64,000 bases of DNA from an uncultured Gemmatimonadaceae bacterium (GCA_963751275.1 CAVVTZ010000014.1:1-64000), one strand, 5' to 3'. Positions 1-10,720 are shown, counted from the stretch's first letter. A program made the numbers and translations. Notes: generated by a model from the sequence alone, not told the origin.

Positions 1-903
1 GGTGGCGCCGTACTCGTTGCCGAGTTTGCGCACATGCTCGCCCATGGCCTCGTCGAACTCCGTCGGCAGCGGTCCCGCGCCAACGCGAGTCGTGTACGCC
101 TTCACGACACCAATCGCTTCGTCGATCACCCGCGGCCCGATGCCAACGCCTATCGCCGCGCCACCCGCCGTGGTGGTACTCGACGTCACGAACGGATATG
201 TCCCGTGATCCACATCGAGCAGCGATCCCTGCGCGCCTTCGAGCAGCACCGACGCACCGCTCTTGATCGCGCGATGCACGGCCAGGCCCACGTCGTCGGC
301 AATCGCGAGCAGGCGCGGCGCGAGCGCCTCGAGCAGCCCATCGTGTACTCGACCTTCGGCGCGCTTGGTCGAGCCAAAACGGCGAGCAGGTGATTGGCGT
401 GCTCGGTACCGCGCTACGAGCGCGCGCAGCCGCTCGGGATGGCGAAGGTCGAGCACGCGCACGCCGCGCCGCGCGACCTTGTCTTCGTACGCAGGACCGA
501 TGCCGCGGCCGGTCGTCCCGATCGCCTTGCTCGCCGCGCTCTCGTTGTCGACCAGCTTGTGGTACGCAAGCACCAGATGCGCGCGATCGCTCACGTAGAG
601 CCGGCCTTCGACATCGACGCCGTCGCGCACGAGCTCATCGACTTCCGTGAACAGCGTCTCGGGATCGAGCACGACGCCATTGCCGATCGCGCAGCGCACG
701 CCCGGGTGCAGGATGCCGCTCGGAATCTGGTGGAGCACGGTCGAGCGGTCGCCGATGTGCACGGTGTGCCCGGCGTTCGCGCCGCCCTGGTAGCGCACGA
801 CCCAGTCGGCGCGTTCGGCGATAACGTCAACGAGTTTGCCCTTCCCTTCATCGCCCCACTGTGCGCCGACCACGACCACGGTGCGAATTTTCTTGTCGAA
901 CAT
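1..903 (-). CDS. purA: Adenylosuccinate synthetase, 3' end outside the window; apparent frameshift(s) near 330-420
   Basis: Minus strand from ATG at 903 reads MFDKKIRTVVVVGAQWGDEGKGK...RYQGGANAGHT; a different frame near 2-208 reads GTYPFVTSS...KAYTTRVGAGP. Confidence 0.95.
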   Translation of the reverse strand, partial: MFDKKIRTVVVVGAQWGDEGKGKLVDVIAERADWVVRYQGGANAGHTVHIGDRSTVLHQIPSGILHPGVRCAIGNGVVLDPETLFTEVDELVRDGVDVEGRLYVSDRAHLVLAYHKLVDNESAASKAIGTTGRGIGPAYEDKVARRGVRVLDLRHPERLRALVARYRARQSPARRFGSTKRAEGRVHDGLLEALAPRLLAIADDVGLAVHRAIKSGASVLLEGAQGSLLDVDHGTYPFVTSSTTTAGGAAIGVGIGPRVIDEAIGVVKAYTTRVGAGPLPTEFDEAMGEHVRKLGNEYGAT

Positions 904-1002
904 CGGAGTCCCGGCTGGCGCGAAATTGAAGGCCCACACTGGAGTGCGTGGGTTCGCTAAAGTTCGTCTTGGCGAGTGGGGGAGTCAACCTGCGCTCCTT
1001 GT

Positions 1003-1110
1003 GGCCTGGTCGCGAGCGAGGTATTGGCTCCGCCTCCGGCGCGCTTACACGCTTCGCGCCTCGCGATACGGCCGCGAGTCGCTCGCTACGCGCTTCCTAC
1101 GGCTTCGCCA
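1003..1110. repeat. Intergenic repeat family A, single copy
   Basis: CGCGCTTACACGCTTCGCGCCTCGCG...GCGAGTCGCTCGCT resembles the reverse complement of 52170-52230 and the direct sequence near 52000-52055. Confidence 0.65.
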
Positions 1111-1185
1111 ACACCTCGCTCACTCCCTGTCCGATCCCGCGAGGGACTCGCCGCTCGGAAAGTCGGTCTCTGCTCGCTATCGGAT

Positions 1186-1689
1186 CTAGAAGCTCGCGTG
1201 GAAGACTATCGCGCCGATCACCCAGGCCGCGATCGCGACGCCGGCGGCGATCTTGAGGGCGACAGCGAAGACGCGGCCCATCACGGCGCCGGTCGCGGCG
1301 CGCGTGGCATCCTGCACCGCGCGGCCAAGCGACAATTCGGCGAGCCACGCGCCCAGGAAGGCGCCGAGGAACGCGCCCACGAGCGAGCCTGCGATCGGGA
1401 TCGGGACGCCGGCGAGCGCGCCGATCAGCGAGCCGCCGAGTGCCCACCAGGCGCCGCGCGCGGATCCGCCGGCGCGGCGTGTCGCTCGGGCGGTCACGAT
1501 GAATTCGGCGATCTCCGCGATCGCGGCGAGCGCGATCACGCCGCCGAGCGTGTAGGGGCCGATCGCACCCTGGGGGCCGAGCCAGTAGTAGACGCCGGTC
1601 GCGGCGACCATCAGCCACAGGCCGGGCAGGCCGAATGGCAGGAAGAGAAGGCCGACGACGAAGGCGAGGATGAGCAGGAAGAGCGCCAT
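1186..1689 (-). CDS. DUF456-family membrane protein
   Basis: 167 aa, hydrophobic; LPGLWLM, GGSARGAWWALGGSLIG and GAFLGAFLGAWLAE patterns. Confidence 0.8.
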   Translation of the reverse strand: MALFLLILAFVVGLLFLPFGLPGLWLMVAATGVYYWLGPQGAIGPYTLGGVIALAAIAEIAEFIVTARATRRAGGSARGAWWALGGSLIGALAGVPIPIAGSLVGAFLGAFLGAWLAELSLGRAVQDATRAATGAVMGRVFAVALKIAAGVAIAAWVIGAIVFHASF

Positions 1690-1690
1690 C

Positions 1691-2790
1691 CTATTTCCTC
1701 ACCTCAGAATTGCCTTCCAACGTTCGAACCAGGAGGCGCGTCACGACCGCTATCTGTCCGACTGGATCCAGCACGGCATTGCGGGCTGGCGCCGTGAAGT
1801 GAGCAGCACGCGAAGATGCCGAAGGATATCAGGCGCGCGCGCACGGCTGAGGACGACGCCGACGCGATCGAAATTAGCCCGTGCGGGCGCGAAGAGACCC
1901 TCCGCAGGTCTCGCCTCGACGATCGCAAGCGGCAGATCCTCGGCGCCCGCGGCTCGTTGGATGTCTACAGCGAGCGGGAGCGGGCTCTTGCCCGAGCCGA
2001 TCATTGCTCCAATTGGCCCGGCCCACCCACCGCACCAACCAATAGGGCCGGCGCCTTCGTACGCGAATCGAGGGCGATGTTGATCCCGCTGCGCTCGAGA
2101 TCTCCTCGCGTGAAAACCACGCCAACCTCCTGGTCCGGTCCGAGCGCCTCGACCGCGCCGAGGACCGCGGCTCCGCCAGTCATTGGTGCGACAGCGGCCT
2201 GCGATCGGGCTCGGAATATCGCGCGTGCAATTCCACGGAGCAGCAGAAATGCCACCATCCCGTACGCGAAGAGGCGGAAGATCGGCCTCGGCGTCTCGAG
2301 AAGCGTCGCGGCGAGGATGATCCCGACGAGGAGCGCCTCCTCGACACCCGCGATGCGCGCCGCCGACTCATCCTCGCATCAAATGCGCCACGAGCCACAC
2401 GCGCGGCTTGCCGCGCGTCGCGATGATACTCGTGGACTCGACGGCGACTCGGGCTCGCCGGAGCCACTGATCGAACAGGTAGGTGAAACCGCCCACTGCG
2501 AACAGTGAGAATCCAAGGTCCAGGCCCGCGAAGCGCGCGATCGCAAATGCCGCCGAGCCCCCGAGCGCCCAGAGTCCCGTGACAGCCCACGGATGGAGCT
2601 TGCGGTGAGCTTTCCTCGTGAACGGCTCCTCCGTCACGCTGAACCCAGCATCGGTGAGCGCCTTCGCGGCGTACTTCGTTGCATCCGCATCATTGCGCGC
2701 GGGTTCCACATGCAGCCGCTGCGATAGCTTCGCGAAGTGCCCGCCGATCGACCGCAACAGCGACGGCGCTCGCCGCGTCGGCGCGGTCAC
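1691..2790 (-). CDS. Membrane protein with degenerate M28-peptidase-like segments, split by apparent frameshifts; end approximate
   Basis: GTG at 2790 overlaps the upstream stop (GTGA); AGFSVTEEPF, TM segments, IIATRGKPRVWLVAH; continues in ORFs 2001-2258 and 1750-2004. Confidence 0.5.
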
Positions 2791-3689
2791 TGCGTGATGA
2801 GCTTCACGATCGCGGCACGCTGCGTCGCGTCGACATCGCGCAGCGGGCTGCGCACGGAACCGCCCTTGAGGCCGATCGCGTTCATCGCGGCCTTCACGCC
2901 GGCGGGCCCGAAGGCGCCCACGATGTCGCGGCCCAGTGGCAACAATCGCGCCTGCGCACCGATGGACGCCGCGATGTCGCCGCGCGCGTGCGCGTCGAAC
3001 AACTCCACGGCACGCGCGGCGGCGAAGCAGGCGACGCCGAGGATCCCGCCGCGCGCGCCGAGGTCCAATCCCGAGAGGAACTGCTGCGCGCTCCCCGTCA
3101 GCACGGTGAAACTCGGCTTCTGCGACGCGAGATAGCCCTTGATCGATTCGATCTCGCCCGAGCTGTCCTTGATCCCCGTGATGTTGCCGTGATTCGAGAG
3201 GCGCTCTACCATCGGCGCGGACAGCGCGAGATGCGCGTACTTCGGAATGTTGTACAGGATCACCGGCACGAAGCTGCCGTCCGCCACCTTCCGGTAGTGC
3301 GCCTCGAGCGCGGGGTCGGTCATCGACGCGCCATAGTAGTGCGGCGCCACCACGAGCACGGCGTCCGCGCCGCGCGCCGCCGCTTCGCGCGCCCGGCGCA
3401 CGGTCATGCGCGTGGATTCCGCGCCCACGCCCACGATCACCCACTTCTCGGTGGGCACCGCCGCCCGCGCCAGCTCGACGAGACGCAGCCGCTCCTCCTC
3501 ATCGAGCAGCGCCGCTTCGCCGGTGCTCCCCGCCGTCACGACGCCATTCACGCCGCTCGCGAAATGCGCCTTCACATTTGCCGTGAACGCCGCCTCGTCC
3601 AGATCGCCGTTCTCGAGGAAGGGCGTCGTCTCGGGCACGAACACGCCGGCGAGCGCCGTGTGCTTCTCACCCAGCACGGGGACGGTCAT
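2787..3689 (-). CDS. Dihydrodipicolinate synthase (DapA/NanA) family aldolase
   Basis: AGSTGEA, ILYNIP and GIKDSSG (Schiff-base Lys) motifs. Confidence 0.9.
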   Translation of the reverse strand: MTVPVLGEKHTALAGVFVPETTPFLENGDLDEAAFTANVKAHFASGVNGVVTAGSTGEAALLDEEERLRLVELARAAVPTEKWVIVGVGAESTRMTVRRAREAAARGADAVLVVAPHYYGASMTDPALEAHYRKVADGSFVPVILYNIPKYAHLALSAPMVERLSNHGNITGIKDSSGEIESIKGYLASQKPSFTVLTGSAQQFLSGLDLGARGGILGVACFAAARAVELFDAHARGDIAASIGAQARLLPLGRDIVGAFGPAGVKAAMNAIGLKGGSVRSPLRDVDATQRAAIVKLITQ

Positions 3690-4721
3690 TCAGTACCCAG
3701 CCTTCTTATCCACGACGTTCCGCATCCGCTCTCCCCGGTCATACGCCCTCCAATTCCCGACGACCAATTCCGTCTCGCGGTCCCAGAAGCGATTCGTCAC
3801 GCCCGAGACATGCGGCGTCAGGATCACGCTGCGCAGATCCCATAGCGGACTCTCCGCCGGCAGCGGCTCTTTCTCGAATACGTCCAGTACCGCGCCTCGC
3901 AGCGCTCCGCTCTTCACGCGCGTCACGAGCGCCGCCTCATCCAGCAGCACGCCGCGCGCCACGTTCACCACGATCGCGTTCCTTGGAAGACGATCCAGCT
4001 CGGCCGCCCCAACGAGCGCCCTGGTCTCCGCCGTCGCCGGCGCGCAGATGGCGAGGATGTCAGTCTCCGGCAGCAGCGCCTTCCAATCACGCGGGCCGAC
4101 GACGCGCTCGAACCCCGCGGGAACACCCTGCTCCACTCGACGCCGCACTCCCGTGCAATGAACACCGAGCGCCGAGAGCCGGGCGCCGAGCGCCTGCCCC
4201 AACCCGCCCGCCCCGATGATCAACGCCCGCAGCCCGCCGATCTCCCGCACCACGCTCGTCCCGCTCAGGAACGCGTCGCGCTTCCAGCCATGCTCCCGTT
4301 GCAGCTCCATCGCGATGTCCAGTCCGCGCACGAGCGACAGCACCCCCGCCACCGCGTGCTCCGCGATCGGGATCGCGTGGATCCCCGCGGAGTTCGTGAG
4401 GATCACGTCGCTCGCGAGCATCTCGGGGAACAGCATGCTCCCGACGCCGGCCGCGGCGCTGTGCACCCACTTCAATTTCTTCGCCGCCGCGAACAATGGC
4501 TTCGAGATCCCGAATCCGAAGAACGCCTCCGCCTCGGCGATCGCCTCCAGCGACTCCGCGCTCGGCGGCGTGCCGCCGTCGCCATCGCTCACCGTGGGCG
4601 CCTTCACCATGCGCAGCGTCCAGCCGGCCGGCACGGCCGCCTGCAGCCGTGCCTCCGCCTCGGGCGTGATCGCCCACTGCCCGTGCTGCGCGCGCACATC
4701 CGCCACGAGGAGCCGCGCCAT
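3690..4721 (-). CDS. D-2-hydroxyacid dehydrogenase, NAD(P)-dependent
   Basis: Start MARLLVADVR; GAGGLG Rossmann motif, VNVARG, LDVFEKEPLP, LTPHVSG. Confidence 0.92.
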   Translation of the reverse strand: MARLLVADVRAQHGQWAITPEAEARLQAAVPAGWTLRMVKAPTVSDGDGGTPPSAESLEAIAEAEAFFGFGISKPLFAAAKKLKWVHSAAAGVGSMLFPEMLASDVILTNSAGIHAIPIAEHAVAGVLSLVRGLDIAMELQREHGWKRDAFLSGTSVVREIGGLRALIIGAGGLGQALGARLSALGVHCTGVRRRVEQGVPAGFERVVGPRDWKALLPETDILAICAPATAETRALVGAAELDRLPRNAIVVNVARGVLLDEAALVTRVKSGALRGAVLDVFEKEPLPAESPLWDLRSVILTPHVSGVTNRFWDRETELVVGNWRAYDRGERMRNVVDKKAGY

Positions 4722-4722
4722 G

Positions 4723-5415
4723 CTAGTCGAACTGGACGCTGAGCACGTCGGCGCGTTCGAGCAGCCGCGCGACCGCCACGTCGAACTGCTTCGCGGGCCC
4801 CGACAGCCGCATGTCGAACGTGGTGTCTCCTTCGTGGTCGAACGTCTTGCACTCGGCGACGACCAGCCCGCTGGCGCGGAGTTCGTTGAGGACCGCGTCC
4901 TGCGCCGTGCCGCGCAGGGCCCGCACCGTTCCCGCGATGGTGCGATGCCGCGCGAGGATCCGCCGCTCCACGCGCCGCAACCCTTCCAGCGTGAGCAGCA
5001 CGAACACCGTGCCGCCGGCCGCCTCCACGTACGAGCCCGCGCCCACGAGCATGCCGATCGCCGCGACCACCCAGATCGTCGCCGCGGTGGTAAGGCCCAC
5101 GACCGCGCCGCGCGCCTGGATGATCGTGCCCGCCCCGAGGAAGCCGATGCCGACCACGATCTGCGCCGCGATGCGGCCGGGATCGCCGTAGCGCGTGCCG
5201 TCGGGCCCGACACCGATCTTGATCGAGAGGTCGGTGAGCATCGCGGCGCCGAGGCAGATCAGGATGTTCGTGCGCAGTCCGGCGGGCTTCCCCGAGAGTT
5301 CGCGCTCGAGCCCCACCGCGCCGCCGAGGATCACCGCCATCACGAGGCGCATCAGGAGATCGAGGCGGAAGGCGGCCGTGATCTCCGGCGGGATCTGCGC
5401 GATCAGGAATGCCAT
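4723..5415 (-). CDS. MgtC/SapB family membrane protein
   Basis: GLERE, AGLRT, DPGRIAAQIVVGIGFLGAG and GLTTAATIW motifs. Confidence 0.92.
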   Translation of the reverse strand: MAFLIAQIPPEITAAFRLDLLMRLVMAVILGGAVGLERELSGKPAGLRTNILICLGAAMLTDLSIKIGVGPDGTRYGDPGRIAAQIVVGIGFLGAGTIIQARGAVVGLTTAATIWVVAAIGMLVGAGSYVEAAGGTVFVLLTLEGLRRVERRILARHRTIAGTVRALRGTAQDAVLNELRASGLVVAECKTFDHEGDTTFDMRLSGPAKQFDVAVARLLERADVLSVQFD

Positions 5416-5416
5416 G

Positions 5417-6392
5417 TCACGCGAGCCCCATGATCTCTTTCACCTGCCGCAGCGTTTCGCCCGCGATCTTGTGGGCGCGCGCGGCGCCGTCGGAAAGAAT
5501 GTCCGTCACGAGTTTCGGATTCGCCTCGAACTCCTTCGCGCGTTCGCGGATCGGCGCGAATTCCCGTTCGAGCGACGCGGCGAGCACCTGCTTGCAGTCG
5601 ATGCAACCCCAGCCCGCCGTCGTGCATTGCGTCACGACGTTCGCCACCGTGGGCGCGTCGCTGAACGCCTTGTGGAGGTGATAGATGCCGCACACTTCCG
5701 GCGTTCCCGGATCGGTCTTCCGCACGCGTGCCGGATCGGTGACCGCCGGCCGCAGCTTGGCCCAGATCGCGTCCTTGCTCCTCGAGGATCCCGATCGCGT
5801 TGCCCATCGACTTCGACATCTTCGCCTGGCCGTCGAGTCCCATGATGCGGCGCGTGGCCGTGAGGAGCGGCTTGGGCTCGGGAAAGAAGTCTACCCCGAA
5901 TTTTGCGTTCCAATTGCGCGCGATCTCGCGCGACAGTTCGAGGTGCTGCACCTGGTCCTCCCCCACCGGCACCTGGTCGGCGCGATAGAGCAGGATGTCC
6001 GCCGCCTGCAGCACGGGATAGTTGAGCAGCCCGGCCGGCACGCTCTCCTGTTTGCTCGCCTTGTCCTTGAACTGGGTCTGGCGCTCCAGTTCGCCCAGCG
6101 GCGTCACGGTGTTGAAGATCCACGCCAGCTCGGTGTGCTCGGGCACCATCGACTGCACGAACAAGGTACATTTCTCCGGGTCCACGCCGGCGGCGAGCAG
6201 CGACACCGCCATGTCGCGCGTGCGCCGCTTGAGGTCCGCGGGCTCGTACGCGCCCGTGATCGCGTGGTAATCGACGATGCAGTAGATGCATTCGAGGCGC
6301 GACTGGAGTTCCACCCAGTTCTTGACCGCGCCCAGATAGTTGCCGATGTGCAGTTCGCCCGACGGCTGGATGCCACTGAAGACTCTCGACAT
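5417..6392 (-). CDS. trpS: Tryptophanyl-tRNA synthetase; apparent +1 frameshift near 5780
   Basis: SGIQPSGELHIGNY (HIGH), VPVGEDQ, KMSKS; the C-terminus continues in ORF 5417-5725. Confidence 0.95.
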
Positions 6393-6419
6393 TACAGCAA
6401 ACCTACGAGCGCGGAAAAC

Positions 6420-7265
6420 GTGAAGCAAGCAGAAGTCCCGAATGACGAGCGCGTTCTGGCCGTGATCACGGCCGCCGCCGCCGACGCGGCGCGCGGGATC
6501 GCCGTGCGCGCGGGCGAACTCGCCACGCTCGAAGTACGCACCAAGAACGCGAGCGACTTCGTGTCCGACGTCGACGTCGCCGCCGAGACGCTCATCCGCG
6601 AGCGACTCACCGCGGCGTTCCCCGCGGCGTACATCATGGGCGAGGAACTCTCGCCGGGTGCCGCGCCATCGGCCGGCCTCGTCTTCGCCGTGGATCCGCT
6701 CGACGGCACGACGAATTTCCTTCACGGTTATCCCGAATACGCGGTGTCGATCTGCGCCGCGGTGAACGGTGAGCTCGCCGCCGCGGTAGTGCACAACGCC
6801 GCCACCGGCGAGATCTTCACCGCGCGCCGCGGCGCCGGCGCCTTTCGCGACGGCGCGCGCATCGCGGTGAGTGCCACCACCGACCCCACGCGCGCGCTCA
6901 TCGGCACCGGGTTCCCCTTCCGCGCCGTGGCCGTGCTCGAGGAATTCCTCCACGAGTTCCGCGCCGTGGCGCGCGCCACCGCCGGCATCCGCCGGGCGGG
7001 CGCCGCGTCGCTCGATCTCTGCGACGTCGCCTGCGGCCGCTTCGACGCCTTCTGGGAACCGCTGCTCTCCCCATGGGACTTCGCCGCCGGCGCGCTCATC
7101 GTGCGCGAGGCCGGCGGCCTCGTCACCGACGTCGAGGGCGGTGAGATCTCCTTCCACAAATCATCGATCCTCGCCGGCAATCCGGCCCTGCACCGCTGGC
7201 TCGGCGACACGGTCGCCGCCGCCCGCGCCGCGAATCACTCCCAACTGGAAATGCGCGCCTCATGA
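6420..7265 (+). CDS. suhB: Inositol monophosphatase family protein; start approximate
   Basis: GEE, VDPLDGTTNFLHG, IRRAGAASLDL and WDFAAG motifs. Confidence 0.88.
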   Translation: MKQAEVPNDERVLAVITAAAADAARGIAVRAGELATLEVRTKNASDFVSDVDVAAETLIRERLTAAFPAAYIMGEELSPGAAPSAGLVFAVDPLDGTTNFLHGYPEYAVSICAAVNGELAAAVVHNAATGEIFTARRGAGAFRDGARIAVSATTDPTRALIGTGFPFRAVAVLEEFLHEFRAVARATAGIRRAGAASLDLCDVACGRFDAFWEPLLSPWDFAAGALIVREAGGLVTDVEGGEISFHKSSILAGNPALHRWLGDTVAAARAANHSQLEMRAS

Positions 7266-8785
7266 AGCTCGTCGAATGCGTTCCCAATTTCTCCGAGGGG
7301 CGCCGCCCCGAGGTCGTGCAGGCCATTGTCAACGCGATGAAGGCCGTCGAGGGCGTCGTCATGCTCGACGTGTCGAGCGACCCCTCGCACAACCGCACGG
7401 TGGTCACCTTCGTCGTGCCCGCGGAGCGCGCGGTGGATGCCGCGTTCGCCGGGATGAAGGAGGCGGCAGCGCGCATCGACCTCACCAAGCACCAGGGCGA
7501 GCACCCGCGCATGGGCGCCACCGACGTCGTGCCCTTCATTCCGCTCGAAGGCGCCACGATGGAGGACTGCGTCGCCCTCGCGCGCACGCTCGGCGAGCGC
7601 GCCGCGCGCGAGCTCGGGATCCCCGTTTTCCTCTATGAAAAAGCCGCCACGACGCCCAAACGCGAGAACCTCGCCGACGTGCGCCGCGGCGAGTTCGAGG
7701 GGATCCGCGACGAGATGCCCACCAACCCCGACCGCGTCCCCGACTTCGGCCCGCGCCATGTGCACGCGACCGCGGGCGCCACGGCCGTCGGCGCGCGCCC
7801 CTTCCTCGTGGCCTTCAACGTGTACATGGGCGACGCGAAGAACGTCTCCGTCGCCAAGGAGGTCGCGAAGGCGGTGCGCGGATCCAGCGGCGGACTCCGC
7901 TTCGTGAAAGGACTCGGCCTCGAGGTGGACGGCCAGGCGCAGGTGTCGATGAACCTCGTGGAGATCGACAAGACGCCGATGCACCGCGCCTTCGACGTGG
8001 TGAAGATGGAAGCCGCCGCGCGCGGCGTGGGCACCACGTGGAGCGAGGTCGTGGGTCTCGTGCCCGAGCGCGCGCTCTTCGACGCGGCCGCGCGCTATCT
8101 CCAGCTCTCCAACTTCTCGATCGATCAGGTGCTCGAGCGCAAAGTGCGTTCGGCGCTGAGCGGCGGTCAGAGTCTGAGCGGCTTCGTCGCATCGGTCGCG
8201 AGCAGCGAACCCGTGCCCGGCGGCGGGAGCGTGGCCGCGCACGCGGGCGCGCTCGCCGCGGCACTCGCGCAGATGGTAGCGGGGCTGACTGTGGGGCGAA
8301 AGAAGTATGCGGCCGTGGAGCCGCGCTTCAAGGAAATTCAGCTGCAGGCCTCGGCGCTCGGCGCTCGGCTCTCGGCACTCGTGGAGCTCGACGCGAAGAG
8401 CTATGCGGCGGTCTCCGCGGCGTACAAACTGCCCAAGGAGACGCCGGAGCAGACGGCCACGCGCGACGCGGCGATCACGGCGTCATTGATCGGCGCGAGC
8501 GAGGTGCCGCTCGAGACGGCGCGCGCATGCGCCGAGGTGGCCAAGCTCGCGGCCGAGGCCGCCGAGGGCGGCAACACGAATGCGGTGAGCGATGCGGGCG
8601 TCGCCGCGCTGCTCGCGGAGGCGGCGTGCCGCGGCGCTGCCTACAACGTGCGTATCAATGTGAACTCGCTCAGCGACAAGAACGCGGGACGCGCGTTGTC
8701 AGAAGCCGCCACGGAGTTCGTGAAGGAGACGAGCGCCCACGCGAAGCGCGCGATCGCTGCGGTGGAAAAGCAATTGACAGCGTGA
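7262..8785 (+). CDS. ftcD: Bifunctional glutamate formimidoyltransferase / formiminotetrahydrofolate cyclodeaminase
   Basis: MKLVECVPNFSEGR, HPRMGATDVVPF; C-terminal PGGGSVAA and GNTNAVSDAGV...NVRIN domain; ATGA overlap with the upstream gene. Confidence 0.93.
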   Translation: MKLVECVPNFSEGRRPEVVQAIVNAMKAVEGVVMLDVSSDPSHNRTVVTFVVPAERAVDAAFAGMKEAAARIDLTKHQGEHPRMGATDVVPFIPLEGATMEDCVALARTLGERAARELGIPVFLYEKAATTPKRENLADVRRGEFEGIRDEMPTNPDRVPDFGPRHVHATAGATAVGARPFLVAFNVYMGDAKNVSVAKEVAKAVRGSSGGLRFVKGLGLEVDGQAQVSMNLVEIDKTPMHRAFDVVKMEAAARGVGTTWSEVVGLVPERALFDAAARYLQLSNFSIDQVLERKVRSALSGGQSLSGFVASVASSEPVPGGGSVAAHAGALAAALAQMVAGLTVGRKKYAAVEPRFKEIQLQASALGARLSALVELDAKSYAAVSAAYKLPKETPEQTATRDAAITASLIGASEVPLETARACAEVAKLAAEAAEGGNTNAVSDAGVAALLAEAACRGAAYNVRINVNSLSDKNAGRALSEAATEFVKETSAHAKRAIAAVEKQLTA

Positions 8786-8841
8786 GGCGTGAGGCGTGCG
8801 TCGTTGCTGCACGGCGCACGCCTCACGCCTCACGCCTCACG
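8781..8841. repeat. Palindrome of (GCGTGAG)n heptamers between convergent genes
   Basis: CGTGAGGCGTGAGGCGTGCG...CGCACGCCTCACGCCTCACGCCTCACG. Confidence 0.85.
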
Positions 8842-9495
8842 ATGCTTTGATGTACCCCGCCCCCGCCTGCTGCGCGCGCATCACCGCGAAGATGCCCGAC
8901 GGCTGGAGGATCACGCCCGGCACCAGCGCCTTCAGCGCCTCGGCGCGCGCGGCGGCCGAATCGCTCTTCGGGTCCTTCTTGTAGCGCTGGGCGGCGTAGC
9001 CGAACGCCAGGTCGCAGCCGAGCACGATGCCGCCGTCGGCGATGAACTTCGTGAGCGTGTCGGCCGGCTCGGTGCTGCCCGCCGGTGCCGGCTCGAGGAT
9101 CGGGTTGCCCTCGGCCCACTCCTTCCCCGCAGCGCTCAGCACCTTCTTCTCCTTGCCGACGCCGAAGCGCTTCCAGAAGCGTGTCGTCCATGGCGAGGCG
9201 CGATGCCCACGTGGCGCAGCACGAGCACCGTCGCGATCTCCGCGCGCGGCGTGCCGTACATCTGCACGTACTCATCCCGCCACATGATCGCCTTGCCGAG
9301 CGCCTCGCCATCGGCGATGTCGGGCGAGTCGAACACCGCTCTCGCCGTGGCCTTGCTCACGCGGTCGGCCCACGACAGGTCGTACGTGCCGTCGAGCGGC
9401 GCGGGCTGCGCCTCCGCCACCGAGGGAAGGCCGATCGCGCCGGCGACGGAGGTGACGCCAAGCCAGCTGAGGAAGTTGCGGCGATTCGTGGGCAC
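8837..9495 (-). CDS. Tat-exported DsrE-like protein; apparent frameshift(s) near 9180-9200
   Basis: TNRRNFL twin-arginine motif; AVFDSP, VLVLRH, GGIVLGC and VPGVILQPSGIFAVMRAQQAG across two frames. Confidence 0.65.
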
Positions 9496-9521
9496 GGGAT
9501 CTCTCGAGGAAGGTTGAGTGA

Positions 9522-10720
9522 CTACTTGATGGGCCTGCCGTACTTCGCCATCACCACGCGCAGCTGCGCGAGGGGTAACGCGTAGACGCGGCGGTCGTCG
9601 CCGCCCGTCATCGTCGTCGCGGCCAGCATCGCGTTCACGATCGATTCCTCGGTGGCCTGCACCGTGGCCACGAAGAACGGATTCAGATCATCGTTCGCGA
9701 GCATCTTCACCTCGTGCACGCCGGTGCCATACGCGGCCTTCGCGTTGGCCGTCGAGAACGCCAGGAAGATGTCGCCCGATCCGTTCTCACCGTGCCCGCC
9801 CGATCGGCCCACGCCGAGCGCGGCGCGCACGGCCATGCGCTTGAGCTGGTCGGGGAGCATCGGCGCATCGGTGGCGACGATGATGATGATCGAGCCCGCG
9901 CCTTCATCCTTCTCCTGCCCTTCCCGGATCTTGTCCTTGCTGTCGCAGTGCCGGCCGTTGGGATGCGAGTTCGGATCGGCGAAGCACGGGAGCATGTCGG
10001 TGAGCTCGAGCCCCACGGGCACGCCCGCGATGCTGAGGTCATGACGCGTGCAGCAGTTGCACTGCACGAGGACGCCCACGGTGTACGCGCCCACCGTGCG
10101 CGACGCGGTGCCGAGGCCGCCCTTGAAGCCGTGGCAGGTCATGCCGGTGCCGCCGCCCACGTTCCCTTCCGGCACGGCTCCGACCGTGCGCGCCGTCGAG
10201 CGCCGCGAACACGTGCGGCGGTTTCACGTGCTGGCCGTCGATGTCGTTCAGCCCGCCGTCATACGTCTCGGCCACCACCGGCAGCGCGCCGCCGGGCGGG
10301 AGCGCGTCGTGCTTGATCTGCCACGCGATGATCGCGTCGCGCACCACGCCCACGCTGTGCGTGTTCGTGATCCCCACCGGCCCCTCGAGGAATCCGCTCT
10401 CCTGCACCCACGTGGTGCCGGTCATCTCGCCGTTGCCGTTCAGCGCGAACCATCCGGCGAACACCGGATCGGGGTTCCTGTTGCCGCGCGGGAAGATGAC
10501 CGTGACGCCGGTGCGCACCGGGCCCGGTGCCGACGACGGTCTTGCCGCTCCCGTCGATGATCGTGGTGGTGCCGACCTCGACGCCCGCGACATCGGTGAT
10601 CGCGTCGAGCGCGCCGGCCGTTCCCCCGATGGGGATCGCCAATTCGCGCGCCCGCGGCTTCGATTGCGCGGCGGCGCAAAGGCTGAACAGGAACAACGGG
10701 GCAGCGAACCAGCGGCGCAT
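9522..10720 (-). CDS. DmpA-like P1/S58 aminopeptidase with signal peptide; apparent frameshifts near 10180 and 10530
   Basis: [58 protein letters not shown] and [12 protein letters not shown] motifs. Confidence 0.88.
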
